Positions 1 to 9,546 of a stretch of DNA of 64,000 nt are shown here, one piece after another. Under the pieces are notes generated by a model. It saw only the letters and a program-made list of their open reading frames with translations. It had not been told where the DNA came from and did no database searches. Position 1 is the first letter of the stretch. Each line of letters starts with the position of its first letter. This stretch comes from Spirosoma sp. (GTDB lineage Bacteria > Bacteroidota > Bacteroidia > Cytophagales > Spirosomataceae): positions 647,648 through 711,647 of the forward strand of contig NZ_JAPLET010000022.1 in the NCBI RefSeq assembly GCF_026391055.1. Direction: 5' to 3'. Both the position numbers and the translations under genes were made by a program.

Positions 1-360
1 GGCAGACTCACTAAATACATGAAACTGGGTTGGTATCAGGAACCCAAAGTAAACCGAACCGGAAAAATATTTATGTGGGTTCTACGCTGCCCGATATGAG
101 TCCAAACAAGCAGGATTTACACCACCAAAATCCCGAAAAATGGGGCTTATCTGTTCATTTAAAGGGATTTTATACAACAAATACGAACTGTGAATGAATA
201 TGTATTGTTAAGCATGTATACCCCCTCCTGCGACACTAAAATCTCCTGCCTAGTTTTGGCGTATATATACTGACTTGCATAAGTCAGTGCTTTTGCGTCT
301 ATATTTGACCTGATTCGAGGGAGAAAAGGAGCGGAGAGAATATCAACCTGACCATTAATT

Positions 361-3039
361 ATGTCGAAAAACTTAGTCATTGTGGAGTCGCCGGCAAAGG
401 CAAAAACCATAGAAGGCTATCTTGGAAAAGACTTTACAGTGAAGTCCAGCTTTGGTCACGTTCGCGATTTACCCAAAGATGGGTTAGCCGTTGACGTCAC
501 CAATGGCTTCCGGCCGTCTTACGAAATTTCGCCCGACAAGAAGAAGTTAGTCAGTGAACTTAAATCACTGGCCAAGTCGGCAGAGGAAGTATGGCTGGCA
601 ACGGACGATGACCGCGAAGGGGAAGCTATTTCGTGGCATCTAAAAGAAGCACTGGGTCTCCGCGATAACACCAAACGGATCGTCTTCCGCGAAATCACCA
701 AAAATGCGATATTGAATGCCATCAAATCGCCCCGCACCATTGATGTTGATTTAGTGAACGCCCAGCAGGCCCGCCGGGTACTTGACCGTCTGGTTGGCTA
801 CGAGCTTTCGCCGGTTCTGTGGCGGAAGATTAAAGGCGGAAGTACGGGTCTGTCGGCTGGTCGGGTGCAGTCCGTTGCGTTGCGGCTCGTGGTCGAACGC
901 GAACGGGAGATCGACAAGCACTCGGCTAAATCGTCGTTTAAAGTGACGGCGCAGTTTATTGTCGACGGCAATAAAGTACTGAACGCCGAACTGCCCAAAA
1001 ACTTCGCTATAGCGGCTGAAGCCCGGTCTTTTCTGGAAGCCTGCGTTGGGGCAACGTTCACCATCAAAAACCTGGAAACACGCCCCGCCAAAAAATCACC
1101 CGCTCCGCCGTTCACGACCTCTACCCTACAACAGGAATCGTCGCGTAAACTGAGTTACTCGGTCGATCGTACCATGCGAATTGCGCAGAATTTGTACGAA
1201 GCCGGTAAGATTTCGTACATGCGTACCGACTCAACCAATCTCTCGCAGGAAGCCATCGATAAGGCCGTAGCGGAAATCGGTACTGAGTTTGGCGAAAAAT
1301 ACATCCAGACCCGACAGTTCAAAACCAAGAACGAATCGGCACAGGAAGCCCACGAAGCCATCCGTCCAACAAATTTCAACGACCGCAGTGCCGGGGGCGA
1401 CCGCGACCAAAAGCGTTTGTATGAACTGATCTGGAAACGGGCCATAGCTTCCCAAATGGCCGATGCGCAACTCGAACGGACCACCGTAACGATTGGCATA
1501 CGCTTCGCCAATGGCGCTACTACCACCTTTCAAACGAACGTAGACGATAGCCCGTTTGTCGAAACGCCGAAAAGCGAGAACCGGTCATTCCCCAACGAAC
1601 TGGTAGCGCAGGGCGAGGTTATCAAGTTTGACGGCTTCCTGCGCGTTTATCTTGAATCGAAAGATGATGAGGACGACGAAGACGCCAAAGGCATGCTGCC
1701 TCCGCTGAATATCGGCCAGGGACTCAATCTGGGTCAAATGAAAGCGACGGAAAAATTCACCCGTCCGCAGCCTCGTTACGCCGAAGCATCCTTGGTAAAG
1801 AAACTCGAAGAAATGGGCATCGGTCGTCCTTCAACCTACGCACCGACCATTTCGACCATCGTCAACCGGGGATACGTCACCAAACAGGACAAGCCCGGCC
1901 AGGAGCGGAAATATACTGAATACACGCTGCAACAGAATCAGATCAGCGAAACCAGCGGGAAGGAAACCTACGGCTCCGAAAAAGCCAAGCTATTCCCGAC
2001 TAATACCGGCATTGTTGTAAACGACTTCCTGGTCGAATACTTCCCCGACATCGTGGATTACAAATTCACGGCTTCTGTTGAGAAGGAATTTGATGAGATT
2101 GCCGATGGCCGGATGAACTGGCAAACGATGCTTCAGGATTTCTACGGCGATTTCCATAAAAACATTGAAGATATTCAGGGCTCATCGGTGGTCGCCTTTA
2201 AAACCGGTGCCCGCGACCTGGGCATCGACCCCCGTTCGGGCAAGAAAATATCAGCCCGACTGGGTAAATACGGTGCCTATGCTCAAATCGGAGAATCGAC
2301 CGACGACGAGAAGCCCCAGTACGCCAACCTGCGAGATGGTCAATTAATCGAAACGATTACCTTGCAGGAGGCCCTCGATCTGTTCTCGCTGCCGCGCGAA
2401 GTTGGCTTCTTCGAAGATAAACCGATGACCATCGGAATCGGAAAATTCGGGCCGTATGTGAAGCACGACGATAAATACGTGTCGCTCACCAAAGAAGACG
2501 ACCCTTACACAATTGACGAAAGCCGGGCTGTTCAGCTCATTCAGCAAAAACGGGCCGAAGCCGTTAGTGAAGCTCTGGGCGAATTTGAAGGCAAGATGGT
2601 ATCGACGGGAAAAGGACGGTTTGGTCCTTATGTCAAGTTTGAAGACAAATATATTTCGCTACCGCGCAACGAATCCCTCGCCGGCCTTACGCTGGAACGG
2701 GCCATTGAACTGATCCAGGCCAAGCGCGTTGTGGAAGCGAATAAATACATTAAGGAATTTCCGGAGAATCCGGCCGTGAAGGTCATTAACGGACAATACG
2801 GCCCCTATCTGGCCATCGGCAAACGAAACGTTAAAATCCCGAAAGACGTGGACCCCGCTTCGCTAACCCTGGAGGATTGCCTGAAACTGGGTGGTGATGA
2901 ACCAGCCGCCAAAGCCCCGGCCAAGAAGGCTGCTGCAACGAAAGCAACAGCCACGAAGGCAGCAGCAAAACCCAAAGCAACGGCCACCGCGACCAAAAAA
3001 CCGGCAGCAACGGCGAAAAAGGCGGTAACGAAAAAATAA
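361..3039 (+). CDS. topA: DNA topoisomerase I (type IA) with zinc-less C-terminal repeats and a basic Lys/Ala/Thr tail
   Basis: 892-aa ORF. Toprim motifs 'LVIVESPAKAKTI' and 'DDDREGEAI'; active-site region 'ISYMRTDS'. Four C-terminal 'G(K/R/Q)(F/Y)G(P/A)Y' repeats without Cys. Tail is AKAPAKKAAATKATATKAAAKPKATATATKKPAATAKKAVTKK. Confidence 0.97.
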   Translation: MSKNLVIVESPAKAKTIEGYLGKDFTVKSSFGHVRDLPKDGLAVDVTNGFRPSYEISPDKKKLVSELKSLAKSAEEVWLATDDDREGEAISWHLKEALGLRDNTKRIVFREITKNAILNAIKSPRTIDVDLVNAQQARRVLDRLVGYELSPVLWRKIKGGSTGLSAGRVQSVALRLVVEREREIDKHSAKSSFKVTAQFIVDGNKVLNAELPKNFAIAAEARSFLEACVGATFTIKNLETRPAKKSPAPPFTTSTLQQESSRKLSYSVDRTMRIAQNLYEAGKISYMRTDSTNLSQEAIDKAVAEIGTEFGEKYIQTRQFKTKNESAQEAHEAIRPTNFNDRSAGGDRDQKRLYELIWKRAIASQMADAQLERTTVTIGIRFANGATTTFQTNVDDSPFVETPKSENRSFPNELVAQGEVIKFDGFLRVYLESKDDEDDEDAKGMLPPLNIGQGLNLGQMKATEKFTRPQPRYAEASLVKKLEEMGIGRPSTYAPTISTIVNRGYVTKQDKPGQERKYTEYTLQQNQISETSGKETYGSEKAKLFPTNTGIVVNDFLVEYFPDIVDYKFTASVEKEFDEIADGRMNWQTMLQDFYGDFHKNIEDIQGSSVVAFKTGARDLGIDPRSGKKISARLGKYGAYAQIGESTDDEKPQYANLRDGQLIETITLQEALDLFSLPREVGFFEDKPMTIGIGKFGPYVKHDDKYVSLTKEDDPYTIDESRAVQLIQQKRAEAVSEALGEFEGKMVSTGKGRFGPYVKFEDKYISLPRNESLAGLTLERAIELIQAKRVVEANKYIKEFPENPAVKVINGQYGPYLAIGKRNVKIPKDVDPASLTLEDCLKLGGDEPAAKAPAKKAAATKATATKAAAKPKATATATKKPAATAKKAVTKK

Positions 3040-3065
3040 GCCGCTCCCGATTTAACAGACGGTAC

Positions 3066-3100
3066 CAAAAACCTTCCCTAACGGAAGGTTTTTGTTTTTT
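3066..3100 (+). terminator. Rho-independent terminator after topA
   Basis: Stem CCTTCC / GGAAGG (3072-3077 / 3083-3088) with loop CTAAC, followed by TTTTTGTTTTTT. Confidence 0.7.
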
Positions 3101-3167
3101 AACCCCTTTCCGCAAAATCATTGCTATTTTGCCAGCTAAACCATAGCACAGTTGCTTTTACCCCCGC

Positions 3168-5456
3168 ATGAAACATTTGCTTTTTCTGCTTCTCCTGTCC
3201 AGTACTGTCTTTGCCCAATCTGAAAACGAATACAACCTTATTCCCTTTCCTGCCCGGTTCTTGGGGCAAAACGGCCAGTTTCCCCTCTCGGCAACAACCC
3301 GAATCGTCGTATCAGACCCAACGGTAAAGGCGGTTGCCCAGACATTTGCCGGTCAGGTCAAAGCCTCTACTGGTATTACCCTCACCGTAGCGTCGGCCAG
3401 TCCGGCGCTCACCAAAGGCGCGAATGTTTTCTTTACTCTGAACAAAAAACTGGCTGTAGGCGACGAGGGCTATAAACTGACCGTTACCCCTACCCGTGTT
3501 CAGGCCGAAGCCTCGACACCCAAGGGGTTATTTTATGCGGCCCAAACGATTCGTCAATTGATACCTCCCGGTGCCTCGGCCACTGCCGCGCTGCCCGCCT
3601 GCGCCATTACGGACAAACCACGATTTGGCTACCGGGGCCTAATGCTCGATGTAGGGCGTCATTTTATGCCGGTTGCGTTCGTCAAAAAGTTCATCGACCT
3701 AATGGCGATGCACAAACAGAACACCTTTCACTGGCATCTGACCGAAGACCAGGGCTGGCGAATCGAAATAAAGAAATACCCTAAATTAACCCAGATCGGT
3801 AGTAAACGAGCTGAATCCATCGTGGGCCAGTATTATCAGAATTACCCCCAGCAGTTTGACGGCAAACCTATTTCGGGCTTTTATACCCAAGAAGAAATAA
3901 AAGATGTGGTGCGGTATGCCCAAAGCCGGTTTGTGACAATTATCCCGGAAATTGAAATGCCCGGTCACGCACAGGCCGCCCTGGCCGCATACCCCGAACT
4001 GGGCTGCGACCCCGCCAAAGGCTATCAGGTATTCACAAAATGGGGTGTTTCGGAAGACGTTTACTGCCCCTCGGAGAAAACGTTTACGTTTCTGCAGGAC
4101 GTATTGACGGAAGTGATCGCCTTGTTTCCGGGAAAATATATTCACATTGGGGGCGATGAATGCCCTAAAACAGCCTGGAAACAAAGTGCCTTCTGCCAAG
4201 AGCTGATGAAAAAGAACAATCTGAAGGATGAGCATGAACTCCAGAGTTATTTTATCAGGCGTATTGAAAAATTCCTGAACAGCAAAGGCCGCTCCATCAT
4301 CGGCTGGGATGAAATTCTTGAAGGCGGTCTGGCTCCCAACGCTACGGTCATGAGCTGGCGCGGTACCGAAGGCGGTATTGCCGCTGCCAAACAAAAGCAC
4401 AATGTGATCATGACACCCGGCGGCACCTGCTACCTCGATCAGTATCAGGGCAATCCGGCCACCGAGCCGCTCGCCATTGGTGGCTATCTCCCCCTCGACA
4501 AAGTTTACGGCTATGAGCCCATGCCTACCGAACTGGCGACTGCCGAGCAGAAATACGTGCTGGGTGTACAGGGGAACATCTGGACCGAATACATGCCCAC
4601 AGCGGAATCTGTCGAGTATATGGCGTTTCCGAGAGCTATCGCCTTAGCCGAGATCGGCTGGATGCAAGCGGGCACGCATAATTTTGAGGATTTTAGCCAG
4701 CGGCTCAAAAATCACCTGCCCCGGCTCAAAAACGTGAACTATGCCAAACGCCTGTTCGACATTACGGCCAGTACACAAGCCGGTGATCAGGGGCAGATTC
4801 AGGTCGTTTTGAAGAAGCTGGACAGCGATAGCCGAATCCTTTATACGACCAATGGAAAAGAACCGAATGAGCAAAGTCCCGAATACATTGGCCCCATTAC
4901 ACTAACAAAGACAACGACTATACGGGCTAAGACATGGACTGGGGGGCAGCCAACCGGCGGGCAGCTTACCCAAACGTTTGTGTTGCACAAAGGGAAGAAC
5001 AAACCTTACACATATGGCACACCGCTGGACAAGTACAGTGACCCAAAATCAGCGAAGTTAACAGATGGCGTTCGGGGCGATACCCCCCGGAGTCGGCAGG
5101 AATGGGTAAACGTGTACGGCAACGACATGGACGTTACCCTCGATCTCGGTAGTGTGACGAGCGTGACCAAAGTATCCTTGAACTTCCTTAAGGTCATTCT
5201 GGAGAAAGGTTTCCCGCCAAAGTCGGTGGAAATTGCCTTGTCGAAGGATGGCAGCGACTTTAAAGAGGCCATTGCACAGCCCGTAGTGTATGAACTAAAC
5301 GGCCCCTGGGCTATTTTACCCGTTGTTGCGGACTTCAAAACAGCCCGAGCCCGTTATGTACGAATTCAGGCGAAAAATGCGGGAATTTGCCCGCCTGAAC
5401 ACCCAAATGCGGGCGAAAAAACCTGGTTTTCTATCGACGAAATTGTGGTGGAATAG
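3168..5456 (+). CDS. GH20 beta-N-acetylhexosaminidase with C-terminal discoidin-like domain
   Basis: 762-aa ORF. Signal peptide MKHLLFLLLLSSTVFAQ. GH20 catalytic motif 'IHIGGDECPK' and 'FHWHLTEDQGWR'. C-terminal beta-sandwich-like region ends 'WFSIDEIVVE'. Confidence 0.9.
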   Translation: MKHLLFLLLLSSTVFAQSENEYNLIPFPARFLGQNGQFPLSATTRIVVSDPTVKAVAQTFAGQVKASTGITLTVASASPALTKGANVFFTLNKKLAVGDEGYKLTVTPTRVQAEASTPKGLFYAAQTIRQLIPPGASATAALPACAITDKPRFGYRGLMLDVGRHFMPVAFVKKFIDLMAMHKQNTFHWHLTEDQGWRIEIKKYPKLTQIGSKRAESIVGQYYQNYPQQFDGKPISGFYTQEEIKDVVRYAQSRFVTIIPEIEMPGHAQAALAAYPELGCDPAKGYQVFTKWGVSEDVYCPSEKTFTFLQDVLTEVIALFPGKYIHIGGDECPKTAWKQSAFCQELMKKNNLKDEHELQSYFIRRIEKFLNSKGRSIIGWDEILEGGLAPNATVMSWRGTEGGIAAAKQKHNVIMTPGGTCYLDQYQGNPATEPLAIGGYLPLDKVYGYEPMPTELATAEQKYVLGVQGNIWTEYMPTAESVEYMAFPRAIALAEIGWMQAGTHNFEDFSQRLKNHLPRLKNVNYAKRLFDITASTQAGDQGQIQVVLKKLDSDSRILYTTNGKEPNEQSPEYIGPITLTKTTTIRAKTWTGGQPTGGQLTQTFVLHKGKNKPYTYGTPLDKYSDPKSAKLTDGVRGDTPRSRQEWVNVYGNDMDVTLDLGSVTSVTKVSLNFLKVILEKGFPPKSVEIALSKDGSDFKEAIAQPVVYELNGPWAILPVVADFKTARARYVRIQAKNAGICPPEHPNAGEKTWFSIDEIVVE

Positions 5457-5501
5457 CGGTATATTTAGAAGAAGAAAGAGGCAGTTTCTTTACCAAACTA
5501 T

Positions 5502-6209
5502 ATGTCTACACGAAAAAAAATAGTTGTTCTTTCGGGCGCGGGTATCAGTGCGGAAAGTGGCATTCCAACGTTTCGTGCATCGGACGGGCTGTGGGAAAAC
5601 CACCGCATTGAAGATGTAGCCACCCCCGAAGCCTGGCACCGGAATCCGACGCTGGTCCAGGATTTTTACAACCAGCGTCGCAAACAGGCCCTGAGCGTTC
5701 AGCCCAATGCGGGCCATCTGGCTTTGGTAAAGCTGGAAGATAAATTCGACGTGACGGTCATTACCCAGAACGTAGATAACCTGCACGAAAAAGCCGGTTC
5801 GTCGAAGGTAGTTCATTTGCATGGCGAGTTATTCAAATCCCGCTCAACAGTCGATGAGTCGTTAATTTATGCTATTGAGGGGTGGGAGATTAAAGAGGGC
5901 GATGTGTGCGCCAAAGGTTCACAGCTCCGGCCGCACATTGTCTGGTTTGGCGAAGCCGTTCCCATGATGGACATCGCGCTCGACATTACCGAGCAAGCCG
6001 ATCTATTTATCGTTGTCGGCACATCGCTCAACGTCTATCCGGCTGCCGGGCTGGTCTACGCTGTTCGGGACGGTGTGCCGGTGTATGTCGTTGATCCCAG
6101 CATTCCCGACATGCACAAAAAAAATAACGTCACGTTCATTGCCGAACCGGCTACCGTTGGCCTAACCCGGCTTGCGGTGCAACTCATGTCAGACGCAGAC
6201 AACGCCTGA
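5502..6209 (+). CDS. cobB: NAD-dependent protein deacylase, Sir2/CobB family, lacking the Zn-ribbon Cys tetrad
   Basis: 235-aa ORF. Motifs 'GAGISAESGIPTFR', 'TQNVDNLH', catalytic 'HLHGEL' and 'RPHIVWFGE'. The whole protein has a single Cys. Confidence 0.9.
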   Translation: MSTRKKIVVLSGAGISAESGIPTFRASDGLWENHRIEDVATPEAWHRNPTLVQDFYNQRRKQALSVQPNAGHLALVKLEDKFDVTVITQNVDNLHEKAGSSKVVHLHGELFKSRSTVDESLIYAIEGWEIKEGDVCAKGSQLRPHIVWFGEAVPMMDIALDITEQADLFIVVGTSLNVYPAAGLVYAVRDGVPVYVVDPSIPDMHKKNNVTFIAEPATVGLTRLAVQLMSDADNA

Positions 6210-6236
6210 ATGAACGGACAGATCTGATATCCAGAT

Positions 6237-6275
6237 AAAAAGCCGCTTCCGGAGTCACGGGAAGCGGCTTTTTTA
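6237..6275. terminator. Bidirectional rho-independent terminator
   Basis: AAAA-AGCCGCTTCC-ggagtcacg-GGAAGCGGCT-TTTTT: a perfect 10-bp stem flanked by an A-run and a T-run. Confidence 0.8.
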
Positions 6276-6335
6276 GTTAAAAATAGCCCGACGATATCCT
6301 AAACGAGCAATCAGATTCCCAGTGTTACCAACCAG

Positions 6336-6746
6336 TCAATTTGACATCATCTTTGCCCACATCGAATTTAATCGCTTGCTGGGATGAGGCAACAAGTCCG
6401 GCGAGATGTAGGACTGCCGAAGTAATACCTGCCGGACACAGATTTCCAGTTCGGTTAGATCGCAGTCGCACGATAATAACCCCTTAACATGATCGGGCAG
6501 AGAATCAGATACCGAGACCGATGCAGTGAGCAACCAGATCTGGCACCCATACGACGGCATAAACGATGGCCTGGGTAACTTATCTGTCAATAAAACGGTC
6601 GACGGCCAATCTGCCGGGCGTATTGTTTCCCGGGTTTCGACCTGGAAACCTTTGCTTAATAAGAAATACGTCAAAAGGCTTTGCTCGAGCCGCTGGTTCA
6701 TGTCAAGTACTAGCATATCGGTGAATGTGAAGGTAACAACAGACAA
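6336..6746 (-). CDS. Hypothetical protein; degenerate NarL/FixJ-type receiver-like sequence (possible pseudo-receiver or gene remnant)
   Basis: 136-aa ORF with a receiver-like layout ('MLVLDMN', 'VLLTD', 'IWLLTAS', 'GLLSCDC...LEICVRQVL'). The acidic pocket and conserved Lys are substituted, and the expected LuxR HTH is missing. Confidence 0.3.
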   Translation of the reverse strand: MSVVTFTFTDMLVLDMNQRLEQSLLTYFLLSKGFQVETRETIRPADWPSTVLLTDKLPRPSFMPSYGCQIWLLTASVSVSDSLPDHVKGLLSCDCDLTELEICVRQVLLRQSYISPDLLPHPSKRLNSMWAKMMSN

Positions 6747-6964
6747 TTAACAACTTTTCACCTATAGACGCTGGGTGCTTGCTTTCGCCACAACTTTCCA
6801 GAAAAATATACCCGCTTACTTTACGATAAATACCTGTTTGTTAACCACCTGAAAGTACATTTATACCTTATTAGAGGCTCCTATATTCCTTCAGAAAAGA
6901 AATGGTGAGACAGTCAGCGAGCGTTCGTATCTTACCTATTCTATAAAGTATAGCCACGAAGAAG

Positions 6965-7375
6965 ATGAGACCCCTGATTTTTATAGTTGTTTTGCTTTGT
7001 ATGAGCAATATGCCTCCTCTAAATTTTATTTTAAGGGTTTTTAGCGGAGACACCCTGATGCCAGGCATGAGCGAACGCTTTTACATAAGCAAAGACCTGA
7101 GGTATGTTTATCAGGGGGATTTAAGCGACACACTTACAAATGCTTGTTATATACAGTATAAGGCGCTTTCGCCCTCATCAAGTCATAAGCTGTATAGACT
7201 CCAACTCATCGAACCCTGGAAGTTTTGGAAATGGAAAGAGTACCTAGTTGACGAAAAGTGGAAGCAGCCCTATCAGCATGTATCTGAACGAGAACTAAAG
7301 CAAGCACTTGATTTTTTCTCAAAAGCTTACCAGTCTCCGGATGGAACACTTTCCTGTAGTCAGGTTGATTTATAG
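6965..7375 (+). CDS. Hypothetical exported protein
   Basis: 136-aa ORF with a hydrophobic N-terminus (MRPLIFIVVLLCM) in an AT-rich segment. No recognisable motif. Confidence 0.35.
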   Translation: MRPLIFIVVLLCMSNMPPLNFILRVFSGDTLMPGMSERFYISKDLRYVYQGDLSDTLTNACYIQYKALSPSSSHKLYRLQLIEPWKFWKWKEYLVDEKWKQPYQHVSERELKQALDFFSKAYQSPDGTLSCSQVDL

Positions 7376-7426
7376 GTAACAACGGCCTACACAGGAAGCA
7401 TCCTGCCATACGGGATTCCCGGCTAG

Positions 7427-9460
7427 TTACCGAACCAGTGGAAACTGAGAAATGCGCAGCGTAGTGCATCCATACGGAATCAACGTAACTTCCTCCTCCT
7501 TTTCTGTTTCTAACCCGTTTGTCAGGCTGTAGGGAATAGGGCCAGTCATGTCATTATACAGTTGCCAGGAAGGTATTCTGCGAGCCTTCACCCGTATTTC
7601 TGATGGTGCATTTGTAGGATTCCACGGAAAAGCAGCTACCGCTCTTTTTTGTATAACGTTTACCGCCTTTTCTAGTTTATCCTCAGGAACAGCCACCAGA
7701 CCAAAATTCCAGGGCGACAACGACCGCACTTCGGTATATTCGTTTCCGTAATTGATCGGGTCTCTGTCATTCTTTACCGTTTTGGTTTCTTCCTCCATTT
7801 TCAGCGCATACGTCAGCGGGCCGCGTTCTATGGAGACCGAATTCTCGTACCAGGTATTTCTCATAACATGCATCGGCAGGTGAAGTTCAACCACATCCCC
7901 TGACTTCCAGCTACGGTTAACCGTCACAATCTGATTGCCGGCAGTTTCTTTCAAGACGCTGCCATTTATGGTAATGGTCGCTTTGGTACACCAGGCTGGA
8001 ATGCGCATGTGAAATGGAAAGGCAAGCGATGCAGCCCGCTTATCTGTCGTCAACGTGAATTTGATTGTCTCGTCGAAGGGATAATTGGTTTCTTCAGTAA
8101 AGGTAACCGCATTACCACCCGCTACGTTGGCACTAACTTCGCTGGGCGAAAAAACCAATGCCGCCAGTCCCTTATCGGGGGTAGCATACCACAGGTTTTG
8201 GGTAAACTTGGGCCATCCCTGGTGCATATTTGACGTACAGCAGGGATAACCCGTAAGCAGGCCCATACACACATCCGTTCCCCCGTGGTTCTGGTCGAAA
8301 TTGCGAACGTGCCGCGTAAGCATCACCTGATTAGCCTGTTGAAAATACTGCCGACCCATAAAATCGTCGGTAACCTGCGCTGGTAAGGCGTTGAAAGCGA
8401 TTTTCTCCAGTTGGTCGGCGTACGCCACGCGACCGGTAATGTTCAGCATACTTTCCAGACTGAACATCATCTCGACGGCGCTGCACAATTCCGAACCCTG
8501 CGTTGGGTTGTTTCCGTGCAGAGCTTCGTCGCCCCCGTACAGGCCATGCGCCATACCGTTAAAATGACGTAAATCGGCAAGGCCTTTATCAACCGCCTTC
8601 ACATATTTTTGGTCCGGGTGCTGCTGGTAATAGATCAGCGGCTCTTTGAAACCCTGCGCCAGATTGACACAGTGGATACTCCCCTGCTGGCTCAACAGAC
8701 TGGTGTTTAGAAAGCTGTTGGTATAATCGAACGTTTGTTTGTGCAGCAGATCAGCTAGTTGAAGCAAAAATGCATCACCGGTATGGTTGTAGAGCCAGTA
8801 AACGACCATCAGATTGTCACCGCCCCGGTACCGCGCCCAGAACGTCCAGTGGTCGAGCGGGTGCTTCGGCAACTCCCGCAACTGGTATTTGAAATAGTTG
8901 GTCATCAGGTTGATAACCCGCTGATCCTGAGTTGCCGAGTAATACTGCTTCAGAATCTTGAGCATCACCATCTTGGGCCACCAGTCCTGGCAGTTGTTCC
9001 GCTGAACGCCCGCTTCCTGCGGATAATCGGTTAATGGGCCAAAGTAGCCATTGGGTTGCTGGCTATTAATGGCCCACTCTACCCAGGGTTTCACTTTAGC
9101 AATCAATTCCGGGTCATTAAGGATATATGCCAGCGGCAGAAGCCCATCGATCCAATATGGCCCGCGCTCCCACTGGTCACCATCGCCACCCAGCCAGCCA
9201 TTTCGTTTGCCCATAACGAGGGGATAAAGCTCATCAAGCCGTCCCGATGCACCCGTTTTTTGCCGAAGCAGCATTTCCTTTAACCAACCCTGCGGCCTGA
9301 TAGACCCCAACGGTAACTCAATGTATGGATTGGGCTTCAAGGGGGCTCTGTTGGTAACATATTCGGCAAAAGGAGCAGACTTTTTCGGGCCTTTGGCCTG
9401 AGCAAGGATACCGTTTTGCAGCCCCAGACAGAGCATTATGACGAGAGATACGCGCAGCAT
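7427..9460 (-). CDS. GH127-like (DUF1680, beta-L-arabinofuranosidase family) glycoside hydrolase
   Basis: 677-aa ORF. Signal peptide MLRVSLVIMLCLGLQNGILAQA. 'GSELCSAVEMM' (E-x-C) and 'GYPCCTSNM' (Cys-Cys) match the Zn-site and nucleophile arrangement of GH127 HypBA1-type enzymes. Confidence 0.72.
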   Translation of the reverse strand: MLRVSLVIMLCLGLQNGILAQAKGPKKSAPFAEYVTNRAPLKPNPYIELPLGSIRPQGWLKEMLLRQKTGASGRLDELYPLVMGKRNGWLGGDGDQWERGPYWIDGLLPLAYILNDPELIAKVKPWVEWAINSQQPNGYFGPLTDYPQEAGVQRNNCQDWWPKMVMLKILKQYYSATQDQRVINLMTNYFKYQLRELPKHPLDHWTFWARYRGGDNLMVVYWLYNHTGDAFLLQLADLLHKQTFDYTNSFLNTSLLSQQGSIHCVNLAQGFKEPLIYYQQHPDQKYVKAVDKGLADLRHFNGMAHGLYGGDEALHGNNPTQGSELCSAVEMMFSLESMLNITGRVAYADQLEKIAFNALPAQVTDDFMGRQYFQQANQVMLTRHVRNFDQNHGGTDVCMGLLTGYPCCTSNMHQGWPKFTQNLWYATPDKGLAALVFSPSEVSANVAGGNAVTFTEETNYPFDETIKFTLTTDKRAASLAFPFHMRIPAWCTKATITINGSVLKETAGNQIVTVNRSWKSGDVVELHLPMHVMRNTWYENSVSIERGPLTYALKMEEETKTVKNDRDPINYGNEYTEVRSLSPWNFGLVAVPEDKLEKAVNVIQKRAVAAFPWNPTNAPSEIRVKARRIPSWQLYNDMTGPIPYSLTNGLETEKEEEVTLIPYGCTTLRISQFPLVR

Positions 9461-9546
9461 TAGATACAGAAACAGTGAATAATTTCAAACAACACCACTT
9501 AGACAATCACCTGATCATCAAACGCAAACTATTTGCCAGCCAAAAA

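Noticed and set aside
159-410. 83-aa minus-strand ORF overlapping the topA start
   Set aside because: It overlaps the topA start codon and promoter region and has no motifs. It also contains a hairpin (ACTGACTT-gcat-AAGTCAGT, 270-289) more consistent with non-coding DNA.
3786-4400. 204-aa antisense ORF inside the GH20 gene. Similar cases are 11591-12124 in the M61 gene, 29737-30237 in the porin gene and 36472-37074 in the GH9 gene.
   Set aside because: All are embedded antisense in genes with strong motif support. They have no start context or recognisable domains.
5502-6209. Sir2-domain protein as an anti-phage defence effector (Thoeris / DSR / SIR2-HerA type)
   Set aside because: It has the canonical housekeeping sirtuin motifs and size. 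It has no fused or adjacent sensor, helicase, TIR or HerA partner, and it is flanked by housekeeping genes.
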